Assembly: GCF_009914755.1 (NCBI RefSeq)
Contig: NC_060947.1
DNA from: the human T2T-CHM13v2.0 reference genome, Homo sapiens
DNA: 64,000 nucleotides
Reading direction: 5' to 3' (one strand)
Shown: one piece after another, positions 63,549 to 64,000 of the stretch
Position numbering within the stretch: position 1 is the first letter of the stretch
Layout of the letters: each line of letters opens with the position of its first letter
Notes under the pieces: model-generated
The model's database searches: none
Told to the model about the DNA's origin: nothing
The model's input: the letters and a program-made list of their open reading frames with translations, nothing else
Program-made: the position numbers and the translations under genes

Positions 63549-64000
63549 TGTTCCCGGACCAAACTGAGGGTCGGGCTGCTATTTCTCGCAGCCCAATAAG
63601 GAGATGCAGATGAACTGGGAAGGAAGAGAGTTTTATTTCTGCAACCGGTTACAGGGAGGAGGCGTGGAATTTATCTCCACACCAACTCAAAATTACAAAG
63701 TTTTCCAGAGCTTATATACCTTCTAAGCTATATGTCTACCTGTAAATGTGCATCCATTTAAAGACATAAGTGATTAACTTCTTTTGATCTATAAGTAAGG
63801 TCTGAGTTCTGAAGATCTTCCTCTAGAGCCTCAGTACATTTACTTAATCCAAATGGGTCCAGGTGCTAGGGTAATTACCCTTATCTTGTCTCCTGCTAAA
63901 TCACGGAGGTTTGGGGAGTTCCTGGAGGACTGGGGAGTTTCTTCAGACCCCCAATAAAATCCTAAATGGGCCTTGTTAAGAATTCCTTTGTTATTTTGTC
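63549..64000 (-). mobile_element. LTR6A-like (HERV-S71) LTR, runs off the right edge
   Basis: TGTTCCCGGACCAAACTGAGGGTCGGGCTGCTATTTCTCGC... matches recalled antisense LTR6. Confidence 0.75.

Overview
This is primate (very probably human) genomic DNA: AT-rich, repeat-dense, with no intact cellular gene, exon, tRNA/rRNA gene or CRISPR array that I can support. Main landmarks: (i) the 5' part of an old L1M-type LINE-1 on the minus strand (1-5497; 5'UTR, ORF1, endonuclease), interrupted by three Alus; (ii) a 5.68-kb deleted-type HERV-H provirus on the minus strand (32357-38036), with two LTR7 LTRs, a tRNA-His primer binding site, a polypurine tract and a CTTCC target-site duplication; (iii) a full-length processed EIF4A1 pseudogene on the minus strand (45215-46596) with a 16-bp TSD; (iv) about 15 other LTRs (MER4 group, LTR8, LTR18B, LTR6A, MER34-like, THE1, MSTA, MLT1, MLT2), about 30 Alus, DNA-transposon relics and microsatellites. 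Most L1/LTR insertions are on the minus strand, which suggests an intron of a plus-strand gene. From memory (unverified), a HERV-H next to an EIF4A1 retrocopy fits a PCDH11X/PCDH11Y intron. I found no evidence of a new biological system. The most interesting observations are the 5'/3' LTR asymmetry of the HERV-H, the re-started ORF in the EIF4A1 retrocopy and several rearrangement scars. Repeat subfamily names come from recalled consensus sequences, not from a database search, and some boundaries are approximate.
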